From Macrostomum lignano (taxonomy: Eukaryota), in the NCBI GenBank assembly GCA_002269645.1, contig NIVC01002553.1:98112-162111 (forward strand): a stretch of DNA of 64,000 bases. Direction: 5' to 3'. Each line of letters begins with the position of its first letter. Within the stretch, counting starts at the first letter, position 1. Shown here in pieces: positions 46,301 through 55,860 of the stretch. The translations under genes were made by a program, and so were the position numbers. The notes beneath the pieces were generated by a model, which worked only from the letters and a program-made list of their open reading frames with translations, was not told where the DNA came from and did not search any database.

Positions 46301-46512
46301 GGAGTGAGGTGGCTGGGTGTGAGGTGGCTGGGTGTGAGGTGGCTGGGTGTGAGGTATAACATTTAATGAGCCAGGCCTGTTTGAAACCGGATAATTCCAG
46401 AGCGCCCCAGCCGGAGACGGGCAATGCTGAGGCAGCGGCCGCAGCAGACGTGACCAGTGACCAAGAAGACGTCGATCCCACGTACGACACCAGAAATGTG
46501 ACCTTCGTTTGA
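25249..46512 (+). CDS. Dscam: Dscam-like cell adhesion receptor (signal peptide, 9 Ig, 4 FN3, Ig10, 2 FN3, TM, cytoplasmic tail), about 19 exons, about 2,400 aa
   Basis: Phase-consistent exon chain: 25249-25306, 28234-28635, 29543-29704, 30603-31112, 31305-31619, 32444-32785, 34460-34707, 34816-35139, 35642-35876, 36008-36151, 36720-37066, 37829-38807, 39599-39754, 39846-40373, 41358-41481, 41560-41699, 42698-44449, about 45063-45405, candidate 46375-46512. Hallmarks: Ig4 [13 protein letters not shown]...DSAQASALL, Ig9 [13 protein letters not shown], Ig10 SIVSY...LDCYAVG, cytoplasmic YATF. Confidence 0.85.
25890..26897. repeat. 21-bp minisatellite (GTGAGCGCCCCCTGTCTCTTG) in Dscam intron 1
   Basis: About 48 copies. 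Confidence 0.95.
28234..28635 (+). CDS. Dscam: Dscam-like exon, Ig1
   Basis: RFALEP...PLC...W...DGRLTV...LFCEA...GYVIQSR; CAG acceptor and G|GTGAG donor. Confidence 0.75.
28740..29378. repeat. 40-bp minisatellite (intronic)
   Basis: CCCGTCTCTAAGTGAATCCCTGCACAACCACTAACGACCT x about 16. Confidence 0.95.
29543..29704 (+). CDS. Dscam: Dscam-like exon, Ig2 N-half
   Basis: SGTAVCSLV...VTYYRWSF; T|GTAAGT donor; acceptor at 29543 or 29561. Confidence 0.7.
29822..30125. mobile_element. MITE with about 45-bp TIRs and TA TSD (Tc1/mariner-type ends)
   Basis: TACCTTTTCAAGCCCGAATGTGACAAAAGTAATTTCAAATGTGG is inverted near 30083-30125; TA on both flanks. Confidence 0.75.
30603..31112 (+). CDS. Dscam: Dscam-like exon, Ig2 C-half + Ig3
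   Basis: [12 protein letters not shown]; GGDILLPC...YSWSKDG...GSLRL...DSGVYSC. Confidence 0.85.
31305..31619 (+). CDS. Dscam: Dscam-like exon, Ig4
   Basis: [39 protein letters not shown]...GVYQC...[11 protein letters not shown] (manual translation; missed by the ORF track). Confidence 0.88.
31800..32342. repeat. 19-bp minisatellite (CTGACAGGTGGGGAGATGA), intronic
   Basis: Direct repeats. Confidence 0.92.
32444..32785 (+). CDS. Dscam: Dscam-like exon, Ig5
   Basis: LPPVLIR...GTVTC...PTVELLLD...HTGTLSVDA. Confidence 0.75.
32820..33270. repeat. 32-33-bp minisatellite, intronic
   Basis: GATCCCAATGATGGGG(G)AGATTCTTGATTATCA x about 14. Confidence 0.92.
33835..34415. repeat. (GTTA)n microsatellite, intronic
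   Basis: About 145 tetramer units with GTCA variants. Confidence 0.97.
34460..35139 (+). CDS. Dscam: Dscam-like exons 34460-34707 and 34816-35139, Ig6 + Ig7 N-half
   Basis: [19 protein letters not shown]...LSW...PNRLL|[14 protein letters not shown]; SISDTC...WW. Confidence 0.82.
35642..36151 (+). CDS. Dscam: Dscam-like exons 35642-35876 and 36008-36151, Ig7 C-half + Ig8 N-half
   Basis: ANLDI...[11 protein letters not shown]; [11 protein letters not shown]...PAVIWY. Confidence 0.78.
36215..36680. repeat. 36-bp minisatellite, intronic
   Basis: GATGAGTACATTCTCGGGATGCTCCACCACCTGTTT x about 11. Confidence 0.92.
36720..37066 (+). CDS. Dscam: Dscam-like exon, Ig8 C-half + Ig9 N-half
   Basis: [22 protein letters not shown]; [15 protein letters not shown]. 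Confidence 0.87.
37110..37660 (+). mobile_element. 5'-truncated SINE-family copy with a hammerhead relic, interrupted by a second (CORE-like) SINE at about 37269-37567
   Basis: Shares ACATTAA, GCCA(A/G)CCCC, the GTGTACATGCC hairpin, GCGGAATG and CCAGAG blocks with the 15593 and 47200 copies. Confidence 0.7.
37269..37567 (+). mobile_element. tRNA-derived SINE with a CORE-like domain
   Basis: A-box-like TAGTCTAGTGG / TAGAGTGGTTAGC; TGTGTCCTTGAGCAGGACACTTAACTCTGCATTGCTTCAGTTCACCCAGCTGTGAAATGGG resembles the MIR CORE; 3' hairpin ACACCTG...CAGGTGT. Confidence 0.6.
37829..38807 (+). CDS. Dscam: Dscam-like exon, Ig9 C-half + FN3-1 + FN3-2
   Basis: GRFDCLARN...[10 protein letters not shown]; WVMLQWEPP...YRLEY...LRPGGSYEF; [18 protein letters not shown]. 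Confidence 0.9.
38900..39563. mobile_element. hAT-type MITE with an internal (CTCCT)n expansion
   Basis: TIRs CATAGGCCGGCAAAC / GTTTGCCGACCCCTG; 8-bp TSD TCCTAATC / CCCTAATC. Confidence 0.72.
39599..40373 (+). CDS. Dscam: Dscam-like exons 39599-39754 and 39846-40373, FN3-3 + FN3-4
   Basis: [10 protein letters not shown]...LVTWLPP; [16 protein letters not shown]; PSPPEDL...[15 protein letters not shown]...LRPGSQYSF. Confidence 0.87.
40465..41300. repeat. Composite about 31/38-bp minisatellite, intronic
   Basis: GATGGCTGATGCATGTCTG(A/G)TGTGTCTG core with alternating spacers. Confidence 0.92.
41358..41699 (+). CDS. Dscam: Dscam-like exons 41358-41481 and 41560-41699, Ig10
   Basis: [26 protein letters not shown]...W; LQNGSALI...LHTC. 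Confidence 0.82.
41805..42628. repeat. 21-bp minisatellite (TCTTGGTTGTGTCTCATCTGA), intronic
   Basis: About 39 near-perfect copies. Confidence 0.97.
42698..44449 (+). CDS. Dscam: Dscam-like exon, FN3-5, FN3-6, transmembrane helix and cytoplasmic domain
   Basis: LEVLWRP...[15 protein letters not shown]; [32 protein letters not shown]; RAYATF motif; G|GTGAGG donor. Confidence 0.88.
44455..45012. repeat. 15-bp G-rich minisatellite (GGGGACTGGGGCATC), intronic
   Basis: About 36 copies. Confidence 0.97.
45063..45405 (+). CDS. Dscam: Dscam-like cytoplasmic exon (TYESIDEP, poly-Pro, YSY)
   Basis: Tyr/Pro-rich frame; the exact acceptor is uncertain. Confidence 0.6.
46150..46355. repeat. 16-bp minisatellite (GGTGGCTGGGGAGTGA)
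   Basis: About 12 copies. Confidence 0.92.
46375..46512 (+). CDS. Dscam: Candidate terminal Dscam exon ending ...YDTRNVTFV* (class I PDZ-binding motif)
   Basis: GC-rich open frame between repeats and an AT-rich UTR with AATAAA near 46700. Confidence 0.5.
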   Translation, partial: ACLKPDNSRAPQPETGNAEAAAAADVTSDQEDVDPTYDTRNVTFV

Positions 46513-46784
46513 TTCGAAAAGCACCTGTTTGAGATATTCTGTCTGCCAATGTCTGTTCGCTCTGATGCCTTGTAAAAATTTGCTAAAAATTATTTAAATA
46601 GCGTTTGCAAGCAAGCTAGTTAATTGCTTTTTTATTTGATTTAATTATTTCTAATCTGGTATCTGCTTGCAGTTTTAAGCCTTCTTACAATATTGTGCGA
46701 ATAAATATAACCTTTATTGCTTGAGTTCGTTTCCATAAAAAGAATAGTTTAAGCCTTCGACTTTGTCTTTTGGTGAGATAAAAT

Positions 46785-47195
46785 TAAAATGGATTGCTAA
46801 TCTAGCCAATAATCTAGCCAGAATGGATTGCTAGTCTAGTCTATCATAGATAATAGTACAGAATGGATTGCTAAGTCTAGTCTATCATATATAAAAGTAC
46901 AGAAGGATTGCTAATCTAGCCAATATTACCGATGAAAGAATAGAATGGATTGCTAATCTAGTCCAGCATAGATAATAGTACAGAATGGATTGCTAGTCTA
47001 CTCTATCATAGATAATAGTACAGAATGGGTTGCTAATCTAGCCAATATCACGGATGAAAGAATAGAATGGATTGCTAATCTAGTCTAGCATAGATAAAAG
47101 TACAGAATGGATTGCTAATCTAGTCTAGCATAGATAAAAGTACAGAATGGATTGCATATCTAGTCTAGCATAGATAAAAGTACAGAATGGACTGC
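46785..47195. repeat. About 40-bp degenerate minisatellite (AGAATGGATTGCTAATCTAG core)
   Basis: About 9 copies. Confidence 0.85.
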
Positions 47196-47199
47196 TAGT

Positions 47200-47400
47200 T
47201 CACTCGTGTGATTCAGTCATGAGGGCCAACCCCAAGCACAGAGAGTGTACATGCCTGACGATTAGAAAGTCAGGGCCGCTGTACACCCTGAGTGAGCGTG
47301 TGTACGAGTTCAGGAGTCAGCGGAATGCGCGCAGAATTGCCTCGCCCAGTGGTTGATGAGACCAGATCGTCAGAAACGTCGCACCAGAGGGCCCACAACC
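47200..47400 (+). mobile_element. Truncated SINE-family copy containing a near-canonical hammerhead ribozyme core (47353-47380)
   Basis: TTGATGA-GAC-cagatc-GTC-a-GAAAC-GTC; upstream blocks shared with the 15593 SINE. Confidence 0.6.
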
Positions 47401-48099
47401 TGACTGAGGTGAATTTATCTCAGAGCAGTGCCCGAGAGTGAAGACAGGCAGCTCAAGCCCGCAGCCACGCACCGCTGGCAGGTGACGAGTTCATCCGAGT
47501 GGAAACTCGGAGTCGCTAAGCTGTCGGCAGCAACCCCCTCCTCGCCATAGTGACTGGGGCTCGAGCAGCCGCTGTCAAATCCCAGTCAGAAGCGCCCGCG
47601 AGTTCAGCTTTTGAGCAGCCCGAGTGGCGGATTTATCCAGCTGCCTGGGAGCCCGTCGGGTGTGATGGGGCCGGGGATAAAAGGATTAACGACTTTGGGG
47701 GATTTTGTAGGAGAGGATAAAACAGAATAGGCGGGTGATGGGCAGAGGTGATTAGGCGAATGACAGAAAACTAAGGCTGGAGGGATTTCAAGCTAGAACA
47801 GGTGCAAACGAGGCCAACATGCAGTTTCTGTCAGCCAAACAGAGTCGCACAAATGAATGCGAAATGATTCAGGCATTTTCGAGCATTATTTTTTGCAAGT
47901 TTTCGTACTCAAATTTCAACTGAAATCCCAAAAATACGCAATACTCGAATTCCCATCCCAGGAATTCCTCATCCTGGAAGTTTCCTTATCCTTGAAATTC
48001 TCTATTCTTAAAATACCACTCCATGAAATTCCTCATTAATAAATTATAATTATAAAAAAATTCCCTACCCATGAAATTCTCCAGCCTCTAGATTCCCCA

Positions 48100-48545
48100 T
48101 TATTACCATCTCCCATTTTAAAAACTCCCGCCTTGAAATTCCCCATACTTTAAATTCCCCCCATCCCTAAAATTCACCATCCTTGAAATTCCCCATCCGT
48201 GAAATTCACCATCCGTGAAATTCCCCATCCGTAAAATTCCCCATCCTTGAAATTCCCCATCCGTAAAATTCCCCATCCTTGAAATTCACCATCCGTGAAA
48301 TTCCCCATCCGTAAAATTCCCCATCCGTGAAATTCCCCATCCCTAAAATTCCCCATCCCCGAAATTCCCCATCCGTGAAATTCCCCATCCGGGAAATTCC
48401 CCATCCCTGAAATTCCCCATCCGTAAAATTCCCCATCCTTGAAACTCACCATCCGTGAAATTCCCCATCCGTAAAATTCCCCATCCGTGAAATTCCCCAT
48501 CCCTAAAATTCCCCATCCCCGAAATTCCCCATCCCTGAAATTCCA
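48100..48545. repeat. 20-bp minisatellite (AAATTCCCCATCC core)
   Basis: About 20 copies. Confidence 0.9.
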
Positions 48546-49179
48546 CATGCCACGCAATTTCTCCTCTTGACTTCCCCATTTTAACGATTCCAAATTTCAA
48601 ATTCCTTGAATTCGACCATCCTCCAAATTTGCAATCCGCTGTTGTCCTCCCCCCCCCCCCGAAATCCGCAATCCGGGAACTAAAATTCTGCCGTGCTCAG
48701 ATCCCAGAGCAGCTGAGCAGAGAGGAGCAATCAGCAGAGCAGGCCAGCCTCCATCCCGACTCAGCTGCATATATTTCCCCTTGGTAGTTGCTTGTGTTCC
48801 GAGCTCGAGTGCAAAGTTTGTCTCACTGCCGTCCTCACCGACAACAAGCGAGGCCCCTTGCGCCATCGATAATTCGAAGTCTGCAGCATGCCCGCCTCCG
48901 CAGCTGCCTCCCTCATCCCCTCCACTGTCTCTATTGCATTCGGGGGGGGGGTAACCAATTCTCATTATAATGCGAATACTGTGTGTTGCCAGCGTGTCTG
49001 CCCCCGTGTGTCTGTGCGATCATTTATTCAATCCGCTACACTCCACAAGGCCATGGATTTCTGGATAAAAGAATCTGGAAGTTGAACAAGGACAACGAGG
49101 AATACATTGCGCCTAGTATCAAGTTCATCAAGTTTGTCAAGTTCATCGAATTCGAATTTGAACTAAGTGGAACTTAGTA

Positions 49180-49515
49180 GAACTACCGGTAGAACTACAG
49201 TATAGCATTGGTAGAACTAAAGTAGGATTGGTAGAACTACAGTAGAATTACCAGTAGTAGCATTACCAGTAGAATTGCAGTACCATTACCGGTAGAACTG
49301 CAGTAGCATTACCAGTAGAACTGCAGTAGCATTACCAGTAGAACTACAGTAGCATTACCAATAGAACTACAGTAGCATTACCAGTAGAACTACAGTAGCA
49401 TTACCAGTAGAACTACAGTAGCATTACCAGTAGAAATACGGCAGCATTACCAGTAGAACTACAGTAGCATTACCAGTAGAACTACAGTAGCATTACCAGT
49501 AGAACTACAGTAGCA
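49180..49515. repeat. 23-bp minisatellite (CAGTAGCATTACCAGTAGAACTA)
   Basis: About 13 copies. Confidence 0.9.
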
Positions 49516-50404
49516 TCTATACTTTTAGCACTCCAAAACCTAACTAAACATACAAAATCTGCATGGTTTGTAGTCGAGCAGAAGATCCTCGGAGAAGGAA
49601 TAGGAGAGCTTAGAGAATCAGAGACTGCCAGGGCAGAGAAGATATGGAGAGATTAATTTTCGGACTGGGCAGGGACACTAACTTAAAGCATACACAAATA
49701 TAAAAACCACAAAAACGCGCTCGTGATTTTCATAGAAAACAATTTTTTTTCGCATACAGAAAAGCGACGCGTGACATGCAGGCCTTCTGAACTGCCTGTG
49801 CGATTGCTATTAATGGGAACTATCAGTACTCGATCCCGCGTTTTGGCCCGATCAACAGGTGGCGCCCCCTCCCGTAGACTTTTGAGACTGAGATTTCGCT
49901 TCTCTCCTGCCTGCTCCCAAGCCAGACTCTTTCTTAATCGCATTAGCGCAGATTAGCTTATAGAAGAAGAGGAAGAAAGGTCAACTGTTAAGGAGGAGCT
50001 CCATTTAGATAGAAATCATCTCCGATCGGAGCATTGGCTATATATTAGAGTAATTTCTATTATTCAATATAGAAAGGGTCGGGCAGCAGTCGGCTCAAAG
50101 CTTCAGAAATCCCCAACTTCCAGTTCTTTTGGGGATCTTTGCGATTCCTCGCCAACTATTCAAATGGAAATTTCACCTCCCCCAAGCCGATCAAGCCATT
50201 GAATTCCCTAGCGAGTTATAATATTGACAAAGTGGCCGGGGCTTCCAGGCTGGCAGTTTCCAAGTCGGCGGGAGAGCGGGGGGCCAAGGCCGGCTCTGTG
50301 ATTGATCGGACCGGCTCGGGACTTTAGCTCAGAGATTTTCGACTTGGCCAGATTAGACTGTGGAGCAGATTGCACCACGGGAGAGCGGGCCTCGCCCGGG
50401 CAGC

Positions 50405-50780
50405 ATGAGGGAGAGGGGCTGAGGGAGAGGGGCTGAGGGAGAGGGGCTGGGGGAGAGGGGCTGAGGGAGAGGGGCTGGGGGAGAGGGGCTGGGGGAGAGG
50501 GGCTGAGGGAGAGGGGCTGAGGGAGAGGGTCTGAGGGAGAAGGGATGAGGTAGAGGGGCTGAGGAAGTGGGGCTGAGGGAGAGGGGCTGAGGGAGAGGGG
50601 CTGGGGGAGAGGGGCTGGGGGAGAGGGGCTGAGGGAGAGGGGCTGGGGGAGAGGGGCTGGGGGAGAGGGGCTGAGGTAGATGGGCTGAGGGAGTGGGGCT
50701 GAGGGAGTGGGGCTGAGGGAGTGGGGCTAAAGGAGAGGGGCTGAAGGAGAGGGGCTAAGGGAGAGGGGCTAAAGGAGAGG
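50405..50780. repeat. 16-bp G-rich minisatellite (GAGGGGCTGAGGGAGA)
   Basis: Direct repeats. Confidence 0.9.
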
Positions 50781-50800
50781 GTTTCTAGCTGACAATTCCT

Positions 50801-51000
50801 ATAATCTGAGGGCCGAACAATCACTCTGTAATCTATAATCTGAGGGCCGAACAATCACTCTGTAATCTATAATCTGAGGGCCGAACAATCACTCTGTAAT
50901 CGATAATCTGAGGGCCGAACAATCACTCTGTAATCGATAATCTGAGGGCCGAACAATCACTCTGTAATCGATAATCTGAGGGCCGAACAATCACTCTGTA
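50801..51000. repeat. 34-bp minisatellite, 6 copies
   Basis: ATAATCTGAGGGCCGAACAATCACTCTGTAATC(T/G). Confidence 0.92.
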
Positions 51001-51269
51001 AAATGGCCTCAGCCGCAACTTTGCTGTGCTTGGCGCGATCGGAAATCAAAGTTGACTTGGCAAACACGCACAAAGTCCATTCCTCTTTTCAGGGCAAACA
51101 CGGCCCTTCTCGCCAAGCGGTGTAGCTACAGGTCGGAACAAAAGTTAACGTGAACTAAAGAGCGAATCCACAGAGTCCCAACTTGACATGTGTTTGCTCA
51201 ATCAATCCACTTAGTGAGTGGATCGCAGATCCGTATGGGCTTTAACTAAGCTTTCTCTCTTTAACTAAG

Positions 51270-52648
51270 CCGGGAGGGGGTTGCAGAGGGGTTGGGGTCC
51301 ACTCTGAGTGGAGGGAGAGGGTTGCAGAGGGGTTGGTGTCCACACTGAGTGGGGGAGAGGGTTGCAGAGCGGTTGGTGTCCACACTGAGTGAGAGAGGGG
51401 GTTGCAGAGGGGTTGGTGTCTACATTAAGTGACAGAGGAGGTTGCAGAAGGGTTGGTGTCTACACTAAGTGACAGAGGGGGTTGCAGAGGGGTTGGTGTC
51501 CACACTGAGTGGGGGGAGAGGGTTGCAGAGGGGTTGGTGTCCACACTGAGTGAGAGAGGGGGTTGCAGAGGGGTTGGTGTCTACATTAAGTGACAGAGGG
51601 GGTTGCAGAGTGGTTGGTGTCCACACTGAGTGGGGGGAGAGGGTTGCAGAGGGGTTGGTGTCCACACTAAGTGACAGAGGGGGTTGCAGAGTGGTTGGTG
51701 TCCACACTGAGTGGGGGGAGAGGGTTGCAGAGGGGTTGGTGTCCACACTGAGTGGGGGGAGAGGGTTGCAGAGGGGTTGGTGTCCACACTGGTGAGAGAG
51801 GAGGTTGCAGAGGGGTTGGTGTCCACACTGAGTGAGAGAGGGGGTTGCAGAGGGGTTGGGTCCACACTAAGTGACAGAGGGGTTGCAGAGGGGTTGGGTC
51901 CACACTGAGTGACAGAGGAGGTTGCAGAGGGGTTGGGTCCACACTAAGTGACAGAGGGGGTTGCAGAGGGGTTGGGTCCACACTGAGTGACAGAGGAGGT
52001 TGCAGAGGGGTTGGGTCCACACTAAGTGACAGAGGGGGTTGCAGAGGGGTTGGGTCCACACTGAGTGACAGAGGAGGTTGCAGAGGGGTTGGGTCCACAC
52101 TAAGTGACAGAGGGGGTTGCAGAGGGGTTGGGTCCACACTGAGTGACAGAGGAGGTTGCAGAGGGGTTGGGTCCACACTAAGTGACAGAGGGGGTTGCAG
52201 AGGGGTTGGGTCCACACTAAGTGACAGAGGGGGTTGCAGAGGGGTTGGGTCCACACTAAGTGACAGAGGGGGTTGCAGAGGGGTTGGGTCCACACTAAGT
52301 GACAGAGGGGGTTGCAGAGGGGTTGGGTCCACACTAAGTGACAGAGGGGGTTGCAGAGGGGTTGGGTCCACACTAAGTGACAGAGGGGGTTGCAGAGGGG
52401 TTGGGTCCACACTAAGTGACAGAGGGGGTTGCAGAGGGGTTGGGTCCACACTAAGTGACAGAGGGGGTTGCAGAGGGGTTGGGTCCACACTAAGTGACAG
52501 AGGGGGTTGCAGAGGGGTTGGGTCCACACTAAGTGACAGAGGGGGTTGCAGAGGGGTTGGGTCCACACTAAGTGACAGAGGGGGTTGCAGAGGGGTTGGT
52601 GTCTACATTAAGTGACAGAGGGGGTTGCAGAGGGGTTGGGGTCCACAC
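51270..52648. repeat. 39-40-bp minisatellite
   Basis: GGGGGTTGCAGAGGGGTTGGGTCCACACTAAGTGACAGA x about 35. Confidence 0.95.
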
Positions 52649-53235
52649 GGACAGAGGGCTGTCAATTCTAAAGTCATATTCCCCTTGATCTCATTCAGAA
52701 CGTAACCATCGACTCCTTGTAACCACTATTAAGAAAATGAAATTGCTTTATGAACAACAAATTTATATTAATATGACAGCAAAACGCACACAGAACTGCG
52801 CACATAAGACACAAGAGGGCAATGCCTTGCAATTTCATATGGATGATCTGAGTCGGGGCGGGAGGGGGGTCGATCGAAGATCGAAAATTTCCATGCCGCT
52901 TCTCCCCCCCCCCCCTGCATCCGCTGCTGCGAGTTCCGCAGAGATTTCCGCGCAGACAGAATCGCCCCGCCCTCGTCCTCAACAGCAGATCCCGGGCCCA
53001 GATACGGCAGATATCTCATGCCGATCAAAGAGAGGCAGAAGTGCAGCGGCAGCTCGGGAGACACGGCGGGGACGGCCGACAGGCTGTTGGAGGACAAACG
53101 GCTTGGGGATGGAGTAGGGGAGGAGGGAAGGGGGCAGTTGGAGCGGCACTCTTGTTGCTATAAGGAAAACATACTTCACTGGCTGCTCCGATATTATTTC
53201 CTGTGCTTGGACTGCTCCTTTTTTCCCGGATCTGA

Positions 53236-53241
53236 TGGTGT

Positions 53242-53282
<41 letters not shown>

Positions 53283-53777
53283 TCTGTGCCTGTGTCTGTG
53301 CCTGTGTCTGTGTCTGTGTCTGTGTCTGTGCCTGTGTCTGTGTCTGTGCCTGTGTCTGTGCCTGTGTCTGTGCCTGTGTCTGTGCCTGTGCCTGTGTCTG
53401 TGCCTGTGCCTGTGTCTGTGCCTGTGCCTGTGCCTGTGTCTGTGCCTGTGTCTGTGTCTGTGTCTGTGTCTGTGTCTGTGTCTGTGCCTGTGCCTGTGCC
53501 TGTGCCTGTGTCTGTGCCTGTGCCTGTGCCTGTGTCTGTGCCTGTGTCTGTGTCTGTGTCTGTGTCTGTGCCTGTGTCTGTGCCTGTGGCTGTGCCTGTG
53601 TCTGTGCCTGTGTCTGTTTCTGTGTCTGTGTCTGTGTCTGTGTCTGTGTCTGTGCCTGTGCCTGTGTCTGTGCCTGTGCCTGTGTCTGTGCCTGTGTCTG
53701 TGCCTGTGTCTGTGTCTGTGTCTGTGTCTGTGTCTGTGTGTCTGTGCCTGTGTCTGTGCCTGTGCCTGTGCCTGTGT

Positions 53778-53848
<71 letters not shown>

Positions 53849-54493
53849 TCTGTGCCTGTGTCTGTGTCTGTGTCTGTGCCTGTGTCTATGTCTGTGTCTG
53901 TGCCTGTGTCTGTGCCTGTGTCTGTGTCTATGTCTGTGTCTGTGACTGTGTCTATGTCTGTCTCCATGCCTGTGCCTGTGTCTGTGCCTGTGTCTGTGCC
54001 TGTGTCTGTGTCTGTGTCTGTGTCTGTGTCTGTGTCTGTGTCTGTGCCTGTGTCTGTGTCTGTGCCTGTGTCTGTGCCTGTGTCTGTGCCTGTGCCTGTG
54101 TCTGTGCCTGTGCCTGTGTCTGTGCCTGTGCCTGTGCCTGTGTCTGTGCCTGTGTCTGTGTCTGTGTCTGTGTCTGTGTCTGTGTCTGTGCCTGTGCCTG
54201 TGCCTGTGCCTGTGTCTGTGCCTGTGCCTGTGCCTGTGTCTGTGCCTGTGTCTGTGTCTGTGTCTGTGTCTGTGCCTGTGTCTGTGCCTGTGCCTGTGCC
54301 TGTGTCTGTGCCTGTGTCTGTTTCTGTGTCTGTGTCTGTGTCTGTGTCTGTGCCTGTGCCTGTGTCTGTGCCTGTGCCTGTGTCTGTGCCTGTGCCTGTG
54401 TCTGTGCCTGTGTCTGTGCCTGTGTCTGTGTCTGTGTCTGTGTGTCTGTGCCTGTGTCTGTGCCTGTGCCTGTGCCTGTGTCTGTGCCTGTGG

Positions 54494-54552
<59 letters not shown>

Positions 54553-54750
54553 TCTGTGCCTGTGTCTGTGTCTGTGTCTGTGCCTGTGTCTATGTCTGTG
54601 TCTGTGCCTGTGTCTGTGCCTGTGTCTGTGTCTATGTCTGTGTCTGTGACTGTGTCTATGTCTGTCTCCATGCCTGTGCCTGTGCCTGTGCCTGTGTCTG
54701 TGTCTGTCTCCATGCCTGTGCCTGTGTCTGTGTCTGTGTCTGTGCCAGTG
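53236..54750. repeat. (TGTCTG/TGCCTG)n hexamer satellite
   Basis: About 250 hexamers; source of several spurious long ORFs. Confidence 0.97.
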
Positions 54751-54797
54751 TCTGGTTCTATTTTGCAAAATAGGCCTAAAGGAATGCCATTTAATAA

Positions 54798-54799
<2 letters not shown>

Positions 54800-54876
<77 letters not shown>

Positions 54877-54878
54877 GC
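54800..54878. repeat. (CAG)n trinucleotide tract
   Basis: About 25 units. Confidence 0.95.
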
Positions 54879-55339
54879 TACCCCCAGTCAGTTTTTGCCA
54901 TCCTGCCCTGCTACATCGGGACTGCAGTTTGGCTTTAAAATATGGCGCGAAAACCCTATCCAAGAGACATTTTTGTACTCGTAGATAATTTCTTTTTTCG
55001 ATTTTTTCTGCTTACTTTATCTTTCATCCGGGTTCACTTATTCTCGCACCTGCACAGGGCGGGGTGCAGCTTAAGCGCTGGAAGCCAAACCGGCCCCACC
55101 ACGAAAGTGGGGCCAATTATAAACAGTGAAGGAGCTGCAGTGCCGCTCAGCTGGCTAAGCCAGGCTTGTTTAGCACAGTCACAAATTAAAGAGCTTCGCC
55201 AAGTCTATTGCGTGTAAATAGTTCACAGTGTATTTTTATTCAAGGCTGGAGAATAGTTTCTATCAAGCAATTGAATCAATATTTGGAAACAATTGAATAC
55301 TTAGTCTAACAAACATTTAGTGTCAAAGATAGAAATGTC

Positions 55340-55860
55340 AAAAATAGTGTCAAATAATGTCAGATGGAATCAGATGGTGTCAGATAGTGTCAGATGGCGT
55401 CAGATAGTGTAATATAGTGTCAGATGCTGTCAGATAGTGTCAGATAGTGTCAGGTGGTGTCAGATAGTGTCAGAAAGTGTCAGATAGTGTCAGGTGGTGT
55501 CAGATAGTGTCAGATAGTCTCAGAAAGTGTCAGGTGGTGTCAGGTGGTGTCAGATAGTGTCAAAGGGTGTCAGATAGTGTCAGATAGTGTCAAAGGGTGT
55601 CAGATAGTGTCAGATAGTGTCAGATGGTGTCAGATAGTGTCAGATATTTTCAGATAGTGTCAAAGGGTGTCAGATAGTGTCAGATGGTGTCAGCTGGTGT
55701 CAAATGGTGTCAGATGGTGTCAACTGGTGTCAGATGGTGTCAGATAGTGTCAAATGGTGTCAGATAGTGTCAGATAGTGTCAAATGGTGTCAGATAGTGT
55801 CAGATAGTCACAGGTGGTGTCAGGTGGTGTCAGGTAGTGTCAGGTGGTGTCAGGTGGTGC
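55340..55860. repeat. 10-bp minisatellite (TCAGATAGTG)
   Basis: About 50 copies. Confidence 0.95.

Noticed and set aside
47253-47273. CTGACGA-TTA-GAAA as a hammerhead core
   Set aside because: No helix II can form; the segment is better explained as the loop of the covarying CCTGAC/GTCAGG hairpin
47484-47520. GTGACGAG...GAAACTCGGAGTC as a second hammerhead, and CTCCTCGC nearby as an HDV-like L3
   Set aside because: It lacks C3 and a helix II, and the HDV P3/P1 pairings cannot be formed
53018-54963. 500-600-aa ORFs (poly-VS/VP/CL, DT/QA)
   Set aside because: Translations of a stop-free hexamer satellite
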